Assembly (NCBI GenBank): GCA_044223005.1
Contig: JBGAML010000020.1
Coordinates: forward strand, 1 to 64,000
Length of the DNA: 64,000 nucleotides
Origin: Candidatus Eiseniibacteriota bacterium
Lineage (GTDB): Bacteria > Eisenbacteria > RBG-16-71-46
Direction of reading: 5' to 3'
Made by a program: the position numbers and the translations under genes. This document shows positions 1 to 9,200 of this stretch, one piece after another; position 1 is the stretch's first letter; every line of letters begins with the position of its first letter. The notes under the pieces are model-generated. The model worked only from the letters and a program-made list of their open reading frames with translations, was not told the origin of the DNA and did not search any database.

Positions 1-805
1 GCCGCGGCGCATCGCGCCGGACGCGCAGCACGACCGCGCCGCGCACGAGCAGCGCACCGCCCGCGTCCGGGCGCTCGACCGCGGGCCACCAGGTGGGCGG
101 CACGGCCACGCCACCCGCGGCGCCCTCGGGCGCCGCCAGCGCGGCGTGCAGCGCGACGGCCGGTGCGCCCCGCGCGATCGCCCGCGCGTCGAGCAGCGCC
201 TGCGTCATGCGCGTCGCGGCGTCGAGCGCGGCGATGGGGCGCCAATCGGGCGAGCGGAGTGCGTCCACCATGCGCGCCTCGGCGGCGGCACGCGCGAGCC
301 CGAGCGACTCGAGCCGGCGGCGGAGCGCCAGGCCGTACTCGTCCTGCCCGGCCCAGCGCCGCCACGCGTCGGGAGGCACGAGCTCGTCGTGCGCGTAGAA
401 CTCGCGCTGCAGCCGCCGCACGGTCGTCCACCGCCGGCCGATCGCCGGATCCATGATCTGCACGAACGGCCCGACCCGGTTCCACGCGACGACGAAGTGC
501 GGCGCGCCGCCCGCCTGCCGCGTCACGACCAGCGCCGGCAGCACCGGCGTTTCGGGCAGCAGGACGTGGTCGAGCGGCAGCAGCACCTGCTCGGCGTCGA
601 GCCCCAGCGCCCGCGCGACCGCTTCGAGCGTGTCGATCGAGGTTCCGTCGACGCCCGTGCGGCAGGCTTCCCGCAGCCGCGCGTAATCCAGCGCGAGCCC
701 GTGGGCGGCGGCCAGGCACTTCAGGGCGGCGGGCCCGCAGTCCATGCTCGAGGTCTGCACGACCTCGGGAGCGAGGAACGGGCGGCGGAGTTCGGGGCTC
801 GGCAT
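1..805 (-). CDS. C39 peptidase-domain ABC exporter (PCAT-type), N-terminal part; runs off the window edge
   Basis: Not in the ORF track. Hand translation from ATG 805 gives MPSPELRRPFLAPEVVQTSSMDCGPAALKCL...GTSIDTL...PHFVVAW...QIMDPAIG, with the C39 Q-x4-DCG, His and DPA motifs. The frame is open to position 1. The ABC part is inferred to lie outside the window. Confidence 0.85.
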   Translation of the reverse strand, partial: MPSPELRRPFLAPEVVQTSSMDCGPAALKCLAAAHGLALDYARLREACRTGVDGTSIDTLEAVARALGLDAEQVLLPLDHVLLPETPVLPALVVTRQAGGAPHFVVAWNRVGPFVQIMDPAIGRRWTTVRRLQREFYAHDELVPPDAWRRWAGQDEYGLALRRRLESLGLARAAAEARMVDALRSPDWRPIAALDAATRMTQALLDARAIARGAPAVALHAALAAPEGAAGGVAVPPTWWPAVERPDAGGALLVRGAVVLRVRRDAPR

Positions 806-938
806 GCGGTCCGGGTTCCGGTCGAGGAGGGGGAATCGATCGCCGCGCAGGGTGGCCACGTCCGGGGCCGAGTGCAAGCGCGGCGGTGTGCATCGTTCGC
901 GCTATCACCCCGGCGGACCGCCGGGATACCCTCTTCGC

Positions 939-1679
939 ATGGTGCCTCCAGGTCTCCCTCCCCCCCGGTGGCCGCTGCACGTTCGCGACGCCGCGATCGC
1001 CCTGCGCGAGGCCATCGCGCCGGAGCGCACCGCCGCACGCGCCGCGCTCTGGCCGTCGCTGCACGCGGGCCTCTTCGCGTCGCTGCGGGCGCAGGCAGGC
1101 CGGATCACGTGGGCGAGCCTCGAGGACCTGGAGGACCTGGCCTCGCAGAAGGCGTTAGAACTGCTGCTCCGCGCCGAAGAAGGAACGTGGGATCCGGCCG
1201 GTCGGCCGGAACACGAGGTGGCGGGCTACCTCGCGGGCGTCGCCCGGCACGCGCTGGTCGACCTGGCGCGCCGGCGCGGCCGCGAGTGCGCTGCGCCCGC
1301 CGAATCCGACGCCTGGAGTGCCGCATGGCCCGAAGCACGACCAGAACCGCCCCGACCCGAGGATCGGCTCGCCGCGCGCGAGTTCGCGCGGGCGCTGAGC
1401 GCGTGTGTCGAAGCGCTCGACGCGCGAGCGCGGCAGGCGTGGTTCCGGCGCGTGTTCCTCGAGCGGCCGAGCCGCGAGATCGCCGCGAGCCTCGGCGTCA
1501 CCGCGGCGCACGTCGACGTGATCGTGCAGCGCGCGCGGGCGTCGCTGCGCGCGTGCATGGGCAGCAAGGGACACCGCGACGCCGAACTGCGGCCGGGCGC
1601 GTTCGCCGAGATCTGGGCGCGGTTCGGCACGGCCGCCGCGGGCCCGCCGCACGAGGAGCGAAACGATGAATCGTCCTGA
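939..1679 (+). CDS. ECF-family RNA polymerase sigma factor
   Basis: Region-2-like EDLEDLASQ...YLAGVARHALVDLARRR and region-4 HTH SREIAASLGVTAAHVDVIVQRARASLR. ATG 939 is in frame with track ORF 744..1679. Overlaps the anti-sigma gene. Confidence 0.85.
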   Translation: MVPPGLPPPRWPLHVRDAAIALREAIAPERTAARAALWPSLHAGLFASLRAQAGRITWASLEDLEDLASQKALELLLRAEEGTWDPAGRPEHEVAGYLAGVARHALVDLARRRGRECAAPAESDAWSAAWPEARPEPPRPEDRLAAREFARALSACVEALDARARQAWFRRVFLERPSREIAASLGVTAAHVDVIVQRARASLRACMGSKGHRDAELRPGAFAEIWARFGTAAAGPPHEERNDESS

Positions 1680-2373
1680 CGACGCGATCGTCCCGCCGCA
1701 CCTCGACGACGCGCGCTGCGCCGACCTCGTGCTCGGGCTCCTCCCCGCGCGCGAGCGTGAGGCGGCACTCGCGCATGCGTCGGAGTGCCCGGCGTGCGAG
1801 TCGCGCCTGCGGGCGCACGCGAGCGCGGGCGAGCGCGCACGGGCCGACGCGCCGGGCCGCGCGACCGTGACGCCGCTCCCCGCGCCGCGGCCTCGCCGCA
1901 CCGCGTGGGCCGCGCTCGCGGCCGCCGCCGCAGCCGCGATCGCCGTCGGCGTCTTCACGTGGCCGCACCCGGGCGGCCCCGTCGACGCGGGCCCGTGGCT
2001 GCCCGATCCCGGGCAGGAGATCCGCACGCGTTCCGACGCCGCGACCGATCCGCACCTGGCCGCCGGGCTCTCGGCGTACCGCGACCGCGACCTCGCGCGT
2101 GCCTGCGCCGAACTGCGCGCGGCGCGCACCGAGGGTCCGGCGGAAGCGTTGCGGAAGCTCTACCTCGGGCACGCGATGCTGGCCTCCGGCGACGCCGACG
2201 GCGCCGCGTCCGTGCTGCGCGGCGTCGAGTGGCGCTTCGTGCCGGAACCCTGGCGTCGCGACGGCTTCGCGACGCTCGCGCGCGCGCTGCGTGCGAGCGG
2301 GCACGCGGGCGGCGCCGATTCGGTGGAGCGCGTGCTGGCGCGGCCGGACGCGGTCACGCCACTCGTGCCGTGA
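1666..2373 (+). CDS. Zinc-finger (zf-HC2/ZAS) membrane anti-sigma factor with a TPR-like C-terminal domain
   Basis: HL...HASECPAC (Hx3Cx2C) motif, one TM segment (WAALAAAAAAAIAVGVFTW), and a helical C-terminus (LYLGHAMLASGDADGA). SD gaggag. Confidence 0.8.
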   Translation: MNRPDDAIVPPHLDDARCADLVLGLLPAREREAALAHASECPACESRLRAHASAGERARADAPGRATVTPLPAPRPRRTAWAALAAAAAAAIAVGVFTWPHPGGPVDAGPWLPDPGQEIRTRSDAATDPHLAAGLSAYRDRDLARACAELRAARTEGPAEALRKLYLGHAMLASGDADGAASVLRGVEWRFVPEPWRRDGFATLARALRASGHAGGADSVERVLARPDAVTPLVP

Positions 2374-4712
2374 AGCGCCCGGCGCTGGCGCTGGCGGCGG
2401 CACTGGCGCTGGCCGGCTGCGCCGCACCTCCCGGCACGGGCCCCGCGCCGAGCGCGTGGGCGCACCGCGCACGCGTGGCGGATTCGCTGGCAGCCCGCGG
2501 CGAGCACGCGGCGGCGACGACCTCGCTCGTCGTCGCTGGCCGCGCGCCGCGGGCGTGGCGGCGGGATGCCGACGTGCGCGCGCGTTCGCTCGCGCGCGAG
2601 CGCGGCCTCCCGGCGGCCGATCGCGCGGCACTCGCGGCGGCGACGGCTCGTCTCGAGGAGGGCGGCGCGCTGGCGCGCGCTGGCTCCCTCGCCGAAGCGC
2701 GCGATCGGCTCGCCGAAGCGGCGGACGCGCGCGCTGCGCGCCTCGGCCCCGGCGACCTGCGCGCGGCCGAAGCGGCACTCGCGCGGGCGGCCGTCGAGTT
2801 CCAGCTCGGCCGGCCCGCGACTGCCGAGTCGCTCGCGCAGCGCGCGCAGCGCGCGCTCGTGGACTCGGTCGGGCCCGAGCATCCCGCACTCGCCGACGCG
2901 GAGGAACTGCTGGGGCGCATCGTCAAGAACTACAGCGGCCGGCCCGGCGTCCCGCGCGCACGCGCCCACTACGACGCCGCCCTCCGCATGCGGGTCGCGC
3001 TCTTCGGAGCGGGCTCGGCGCCCGTGGCCGAATCGTGGACCGATCTCGGGAACCTCTACCGCGTCGACCGCCAGCCCGACGTGGCGCTCGCGCTGCTCGG
3101 GCGTGCGCTCGAGATCCGACGCACGCGGGCGCAGGCGCCGGACGAGGGCGTCGCCGGCACGCTCGCGAGCATGGCGTTCGTCGCCGCGGCCGAGGGCCGC
3201 TGGCACGAGGCGGAACACCTCGCGCACGAATCGCTGCTCGCCGATCCCGGCACCGACGCGGGCATGAGTGCGATGAGCCTCGGGCTGCGGGGCCAGATGC
3301 TGCTGCGCCTGGCTCGCCCGCGCGAGGCCGAGCCACTGCTCCGGTATGCCGCCGCGATCCGCGAATCGCTGTGGAACCGCTCGACGCGTGACGCCTCGGC
3401 GTCGCTGGTCGCCGGGCTCGCGCTGCACCGCGACCTCGCGCTCGCGCTCGCCCTGCAGGGACGTGGCGAGGAGGCGTTCGACGAACTCGCGCGCGGTTCG
3501 AGCCGCATGCTGAGCGGCCGGTGGTTCGACCTCGACGCGTCGCGCCCGGATCCCTGGCGCGGGCTGCTGCCCGCGGTCCAGCGGGCCCTGCGCCCGGACG
3601 AAGCGCTCGTGGCGTGGGTCGTGATCGCGCCCACGCTGCTCCCGCACGAAGGCGTGAAGGCCGCGTGCGTCGTGCGCCCCACGGGGCCGGTCCGCTGGGT
3701 CCTGCTGCCCGATCCGCTCGCCGCATCGCCGCGCGAGCGCTCACGCCGCTACCAGTTCTGGGACGAGATGCGGGTCGCGGCGAGTTGGCCACTTCCGCCC
3801 ACCGACGATGGAGCGGTCGACGAACTCGCGCGACGCATGGACGAAGAGTGGTTCGCCCCGCTCGAGCCGGCACTGGCGGGTGTGAGCCGCCTCGTCGTCT
3901 GCGGCCCCGACCTCTTCACGGGTGGCCCGCTCGGGGCCCTGCGCGACGCGCGCGGCCGGTGGCTCGCGGACCGCTTCGCGATCTCGTACTCGCCCTCGGC
4001 GCTGCTGTTCGTGCACGAGCGGAGCCAGGCCCGGAGCGGAACCGCGGCCGGCCCTCGCGCGGCCCTGCTCGTCGGCGACCCGGCCTACATCGGCGAGGGC
4101 GGCCGCTGGCCGCGGCTCGCCGGAGCCGCGGAGGAGATCCGCTCGCTCCGGGAGCGGCTGCCGGGCGCCCGCGTCCTGGCCGGCGCCGAGGCCCGCGCGG
4201 CCACGCTGCGGGCCTGGGCGGTGAACGGTGAACTTGCGCGGTACGACATCCTCCATTTCGCGACGCACACGACGATCGACTGGCAGCAGGCGATGGAGTC
4301 CGCCATCGTGCTCTCGCCCGACCGGCCGGGTGACGCCACCGACTCGCGGCTCACCGGCCGCGAGATCGCGAACACCTGGCGGCTGGATGCCGGGATGGTG
4401 AGCCTGGCGACCTGCCGCTCGGTGCAGGGCCCGTTTTCGGCGAGCGACGGCATGCTTGGGCTGACGCAGGCCTTCCTCGCCGCGGGAGCGCGCTCGCTGC
4501 TCGTCTCCGTCTGGCCGGTCGACGACCGGGCGACGGCCGCCCTCATGAAGGAGTTCTACTCGCGCCTGGAGGCCGCCCCCCGGCGGGATCGCTCCGACGT
4601 CCTGCGCGACGCCCAGGCGGCGCTGCGGGACTTCCGGGCGAGCGATGGCTCGCGACCCTTCGCTCACCCGGTCTACTGGTCCGGCTTCATGCTCGTCGGC
4701 GACACGCGCTGA
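2370..4712 (+). CDS. TPR + CHAT (caspase-like) domain lipoprotein
   Basis: GTG start overlaps the anti-sigma stop (GTGA). Lipobox MKRPALALAAALALAGC, TPR repeats, and CHAT motifs LLVGDP, ILHFATH, VSLATC, GLTQAFLAAGARSLLVSVWPVDD, HPVYWSGF. Confidence 0.9.
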   Translation: MKRPALALAAALALAGCAAPPGTGPAPSAWAHRARVADSLAARGEHAAATTSLVVAGRAPRAWRRDADVRARSLARERGLPAADRAALAAATARLEEGGALARAGSLAEARDRLAEAADARAARLGPGDLRAAEAALARAAVEFQLGRPATAESLAQRAQRALVDSVGPEHPALADAEELLGRIVKNYSGRPGVPRARAHYDAALRMRVALFGAGSAPVAESWTDLGNLYRVDRQPDVALALLGRALEIRRTRAQAPDEGVAGTLASMAFVAAAEGRWHEAEHLAHESLLADPGTDAGMSAMSLGLRGQMLLRLARPREAEPLLRYAAAIRESLWNRSTRDASASLVAGLALHRDLALALALQGRGEEAFDELARGSSRMLSGRWFDLDASRPDPWRGLLPAVQRALRPDEALVAWVVIAPTLLPHEGVKAACVVRPTGPVRWVLLPDPLAASPRERSRRYQFWDEMRVAASWPLPPTDDGAVDELARRMDEEWFAPLEPALAGVSRLVVCGPDLFTGGPLGALRDARGRWLADRFAISYSPSALLFVHERSQARSGTAAGPRAALLVGDPAYIGEGGRWPRLAGAAEEIRSLRERLPGARVLAGAEARAATLRAWAVNGELARYDILHFATHTTIDWQQAMESAIVLSPDRPGDATDSRLTGREIANTWRLDAGMVSLATCRSVQGPFSASDGMLGLTQAFLAAGARSLLVSVWPVDDRATAALMKEFYSRLEAAPRRDRSDVLRDAQAALRDFRASDGSRPFAHPVYWSGFMLVGDTR

Positions 4713-5181
4713 GGTCGACCACTCGCGCCTCGTGACGAACGATTCTCGCTGCTCGGACGTTTTCTGGTCACAGGGCATCATCCACCGCGTAGATGGCGGT
4801 AAGCCGATCCCGGCTCCGGGGGGGCGCTAAGCGCCTGCCGGGTGGTGAACAAGCCAGAAGATTCAGTCAGGCTGGACCAGGTTTTCTCTTGACGAACACT
4901 GAAAAAATGCAGAATCGGGTTCTCTCGCGCGTCATCCAGTACATCTGCGCAGGCTGTACCGACGAGGCGGACTGGAACCAGTCGCAGTGCCGCATCAATG
5001 GCAGTTGACGGGGACGGAATACACTGCCAGACTGCGAAGTGACTCCAGACCATCAAAATCGTTCTGGGATCTCTCCCGCATTCACCGGTCACCTCGACCC
5101 CCGTCCGTGACCGGGACTCGCGCAGAATCGCGGGGTTCAATGCATCAGGGTTCACGCACCCACAAAAGGAGGGGGTTCAGC

Positions 5182-5892
5182 ATGCGGATGGCTAACGTCT
5201 TCACCTCGGCACGGACGGCGATGGTCCTCGCGGGCGTCGCTCTGGTCGCCCTCGCTTCGACGGCGAGCGCGTTCAATCTTCGCTCGCCGCAGGTCGTGCT
5301 CAACGGCGCGTCGGTTTCGGGCGTGCTCGCCGGGCAGGGCAACACGATCAACGTCGACACCGACCAGCTCGACGCCCAGGCGTGGACGAGCACGGCGTCG
5401 GGCAATGCGACCTTCACGCTGGTGATCGAGCTCGCGGGCAACGCGGCCTCGAACAACATTGGCGTCTACAACGCCGGCGCCGCGTCGCCGACGCTGTACC
5501 AGGTGTTCCCCGGCGCTGCGACGGCCGGCTGGTTCGCGACCTGCCACTTCACGTCGACGGGCGGCCTCACCGTGCTCCTGTTCGACGACAACGCCGTGTT
5601 CCAGGGCTCGACGGCCTTCACGGGCGTCGATCGCACGAACTTCGGCTTCTATCTCCAGGGCCCCGGTGGCACGTTCTACTCGCAGGACTATCGCAATGCG
5701 GGCGGCAACGCGCAGATGCTCACGTACGCCGGCAACGGCATCAATCTCGGCGAATACTACGAGTGCTTCGAGGACCTGCCCTACAGCTCGGGCGACGCGG
5801 ACTTCCAGGACGCGATTCTCGACCTGCAGTCGGTGAACCCGACGCCGACCCACACGCAGACGTGGGGCGCGCTGAAGGCCACCTACCGCTAG
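5182..5892 (+). CDS. Secreted protein, DUF4114-like C-terminal region, TWGxxKxxYR tail
   Basis: SD aaggagg, signal peptide ending ASA, FEDL...GDADFQD motif, and C-terminus VNPTPTHTQTWGALKATYR. Confidence 0.8.
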   Translation: MRMANVFTSARTAMVLAGVALVALASTASAFNLRSPQVVLNGASVSGVLAGQGNTINVDTDQLDAQAWTSTASGNATFTLVIELAGNAASNNIGVYNAGAASPTLYQVFPGAATAGWFATCHFTSTGGLTVLLFDDNAVFQGSTAFTGVDRTNFGFYLQGPGGTFYSQDYRNAGGNAQMLTYAGNGINLGEYYECFEDLPYSSGDADFQDAILDLQSVNPTPTHTQTWGALKATYR

Positions 5893-5936
5893 AGCTCCAC
5901 GCCGCCGGTTCCTCCGGAGCCGAGGCCTGGTTCACG

Positions 5937-5967
5937 AGAGCCCCCGCGCCCCGAGCGCGGGGGCTCT
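5937..5967 (+). terminator. Putative intrinsic terminator hairpin
   Basis: Stem agagcccccgcgc / gcgcgggggctct, followed by tcgctta, about 45 nt after the stop. Confidence 0.65.
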
Positions 5968-6236
5968 TCGCTTACCGCAACGGGTCCCCCCCGCGTCGCG
6001 GATTCGCCACGAAACTCGAGCGTGTGGCGAACGAGCTTTGCTAGAATTGAACGCCGAAGCGACCGTGCGCGCGGTCCTCGCCGCCGTTCGTCGCCCCAGG
6101 CGCGATCGTGGACGGGGCGTGGCGAACGAGGACCGGCCGGCACACCCGGCCGCCGTCATCGTCGACCCGGGCGCCCCACACGACAGCGTGCTTCACACCT
6201 TCTGACGGGCCGCACCGTCGGCCCCGGGGACCTGCC

Positions 6237-9200
6237 ATGAAGGCGACGAGCCTGCCCATCCTTCGCTTCGCCCTCGGTGCGCCGATCGCGGTCGCGCTCG
6301 TGACGGCGCTTCTCGCCGGCACCGGAGCCGTGCCCGAAGCGCACGCCCAGGTGCCGCGCTCGGACTTCTCCGTCACGAACGGAACCGTGAACGCGCAGGT
6401 GATCTCGGGCACGACGCTGTACGTCGGCGGCAGCTTCACGCGCGTCGGCCCCATCACCGGCAGCGGCGCCCCGATCGATTCGGCGACCGGCGCGGTGATC
6501 CCGTCGTTCCCGCAGGTGGCCGGCCAGGTCAACGCCATCGCCGCCGATGGGCAGGGTGGCTGGTTCATCGGTGGCCTCTTCACCACCGTCGGTGGCGTCG
6601 CACGCGCCAATCTCGCGCACATCCGCGCGGACAACTCGCTGAGTCCCTGGAATCCGGCCACCGACGGCCAGGTGCTCACGATGGCGCTCGACAACGGGAC
6701 GCTGTACGTCGGCGGCGGCTTCGCGAACGCGGGCGGCGCCGCCCGCGCGCGCGTCGCGGCGATCGACACGGCGAGCGGGCTCGCCACGGCGTGGAACCCC
6801 GGAGCGAGCGATCTCGTCCGCACGCTGATCGTGAGCGGCAGCACGGTCTACCTCGGCGGGCGGTTCCTCGTCGCGGGCGGCGTCTCGCGCACCCGCCTGG
6901 CGGCGATCGACGTCGCGACGGGCACTGCGAACGCCTGGAACCCCGGCGCCAACCTCGACGTCTTCACGCTCGTCTCGTCGCAGGGCCGGCTCTACGCCGG
7001 CGGCACGTTCACCGTCATCGGCGGCCGCTCCCGCACGCGCCTCGCGGCCATCGACTCCACGTCGAACATCGCGACGGCGTGGAACCCGGGCGCCAACGCG
7101 CAGGTCTCGACTCTCGTGATTCGCGGTGACTCCATCTGGGTCGGCGGCACGTTCACCCAGCTCGCCGGGCAGACCCGCAACCGCCTGGGCATGCTGCTCG
7201 CCTCGGCGCCCACGGCCACGTCGTGGAACCCCGGCGCCTCCGCCGCCGTCTCCGCGCTGGTGCTCTCGGGCAGCAGCCTCTACGCCGGCGGCGACTTCCT
7301 GACGATCGCGGGCCAGGCGCGCAGCCGGCTCGCCGCGTTCGACGTCGATACGGGGACGCTCACCGCGTGGGACCCCGGGGCCTTCGGCTCGGTGCTCTCA
7401 CTCGCGACCTCGCCCGGCCGGGTCTACGCCGGCGGCTCGTTCAGCGGCGTGGGCGGCCTGGCGCGCAACAACCTCGCGGCGTTCGATCTCAACACCGGGC
7501 TCCCCACGACATGGAATCCCAACGTCGACGGCGCCGTGTTCTCGCTCGCGCGCCGGGGTGGCGTGATCTACGTCGGCGGCCAGTTCACGAGTCTCGCCGG
7601 CCAGCCGCGGACCAACCTCGGCGCCGTCGACGCGGTCACGTCGGTCCTGCAGGCGTGGAACCCCGGCGCCAACGACCAGGTCTCGGCGCTCGCCGTCTCG
7701 ATGGACTGGGTCTACGCCGGCGGACTCTTCACGACGATCGGCGGCGTCGCGCGCCAGCGCCTCGCGCGCATCGATGCGTCTTCGGGCGTGACGTCGGCGT
7801 GGGCGCCGGAAGCGGACGGCCAGGTGTTCGTGATCGATCCCGGCCCCGGCGTGATCTACGCCGGCGGCACGTTCTCGCTGGCGGGCGGCCAGGCGCGCAA
7901 CAACGTCGCGGCGGTGGACACCACCACGGGCGCCGCCACGTCCTGGAATCCCAACGCCAACGGCACCGTGCGCGACATCCTCGTCAGCTGCGGAACGGTC
8001 TATCTCTCGGGCTTCTTCACGAGTGTCGGCGTCGCGAGCCGCAACAGCCTCGCGGCGCTGGACGCCACCACCGGCGCGCTCTCGAGCTGGAATCCCAACT
8101 CGAACGGCCCCGTGTACGACATGGACTTCGGCGACGGCATGCTCTACGTGGGCGGCGTCTTCAGCTCGATCGGCGGGCAGACGCGCAATCGCATCGCGGC
8201 GCTGGATCCGTTGACGGGCCTCGCGTCGGCGTGGAACCCGAACTCGAACGGCACCGTGCGCGTGCTCGCGTCCGGTGACGGCCAGGTGTTCGCGAGCGGG
8301 CAGTTCACGACGATGGGCTCGCTGCTCAACTCGAACTTCGCCGTACTTCCCGGCGACGCCTCCGTGGGCTGCTCGGCCATCGCCATCTCGCCGACCGCTC
8401 TCCCCGACGGCGTGGCGGGCATCTTCTACTCACAGCCGATGACCGCCACCGGCGGCACGAATCCCGTGTGCTGGTCCGTCACCGACGGCTCACTGCCGGC
8501 GGGGCTCACGCTTTCGAGCACCGGGCTGGTGAGCGGCACGCCGCTGGGGTCCGCGACCGGCGTGTTCACGGTCACGTGCACCGACGCACGCGGGTGCACC
8601 AGCAGCCAGACCTGCACGCTCAACATCTTCGGATCGGCGATCACCTCGACCGTGGCCCCCGACGCCCACGGGCTCTGCATCAACCCGGCCCACACCGTGG
8701 TCACGGTGCCCCTCGTCTACACCCGCACCGACACACTGCCGGCGCGCAGCATCAGCGTGACGTTCCAGATCGACACGACACGCGTGCAACTGCACACACC
8801 CGCGAACCCGGCCGCGAGCGTGAACCTCGGCAGCTGGTTCGACGCGTTCCCGAGCGCGTTCCTGCAGGTGGTCGCCAACGGTGGCGGCTCCTATACCGCC
8901 GACGCGACCGTGCTCGGGCTCCCGTGTGGCCTCTCGTCCGGCGGCCAGTTGCTGACGATCGACCTGACGTCCGCCGGCCCGGACGGCAAGGGCGCGATCT
9001 CCGTCACCCGCGTCCAGGTGCGGGACTGCTCCAACGTCCCGGTGCCGGTGGCGCCGGGCCCCGTGGATTCGGTGAAGATCCAGTACGCCCCGCTCGACAT
9101 CACCCCGACGTCGCTGCCCGCGGCCACCACGGGCTCGCCCTACCACCAGGTGCTGGCGGGTGTCGCGGGCACGGCGCCGTACCACTTCGCGCTCGCGGCG

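Noticed and set aside
4713..5181. AT-richer region with two TTGACG hexamers and faint similarity (cgaagtg..tcca) to the leader of the other TWG gene; possible riboswitch or ncRNA
   Set aside because: The -10 matches are poor, the similarity is too short, and I recognise no Rfam-like structure. A covariance search would be needed.
6640..8260. Periodic ~144-nt repeats as a CRISPR or non-coding array
   Set aside because: These are degenerate in-frame protein (beta-propeller) repeats, not identical direct repeats with spacers.
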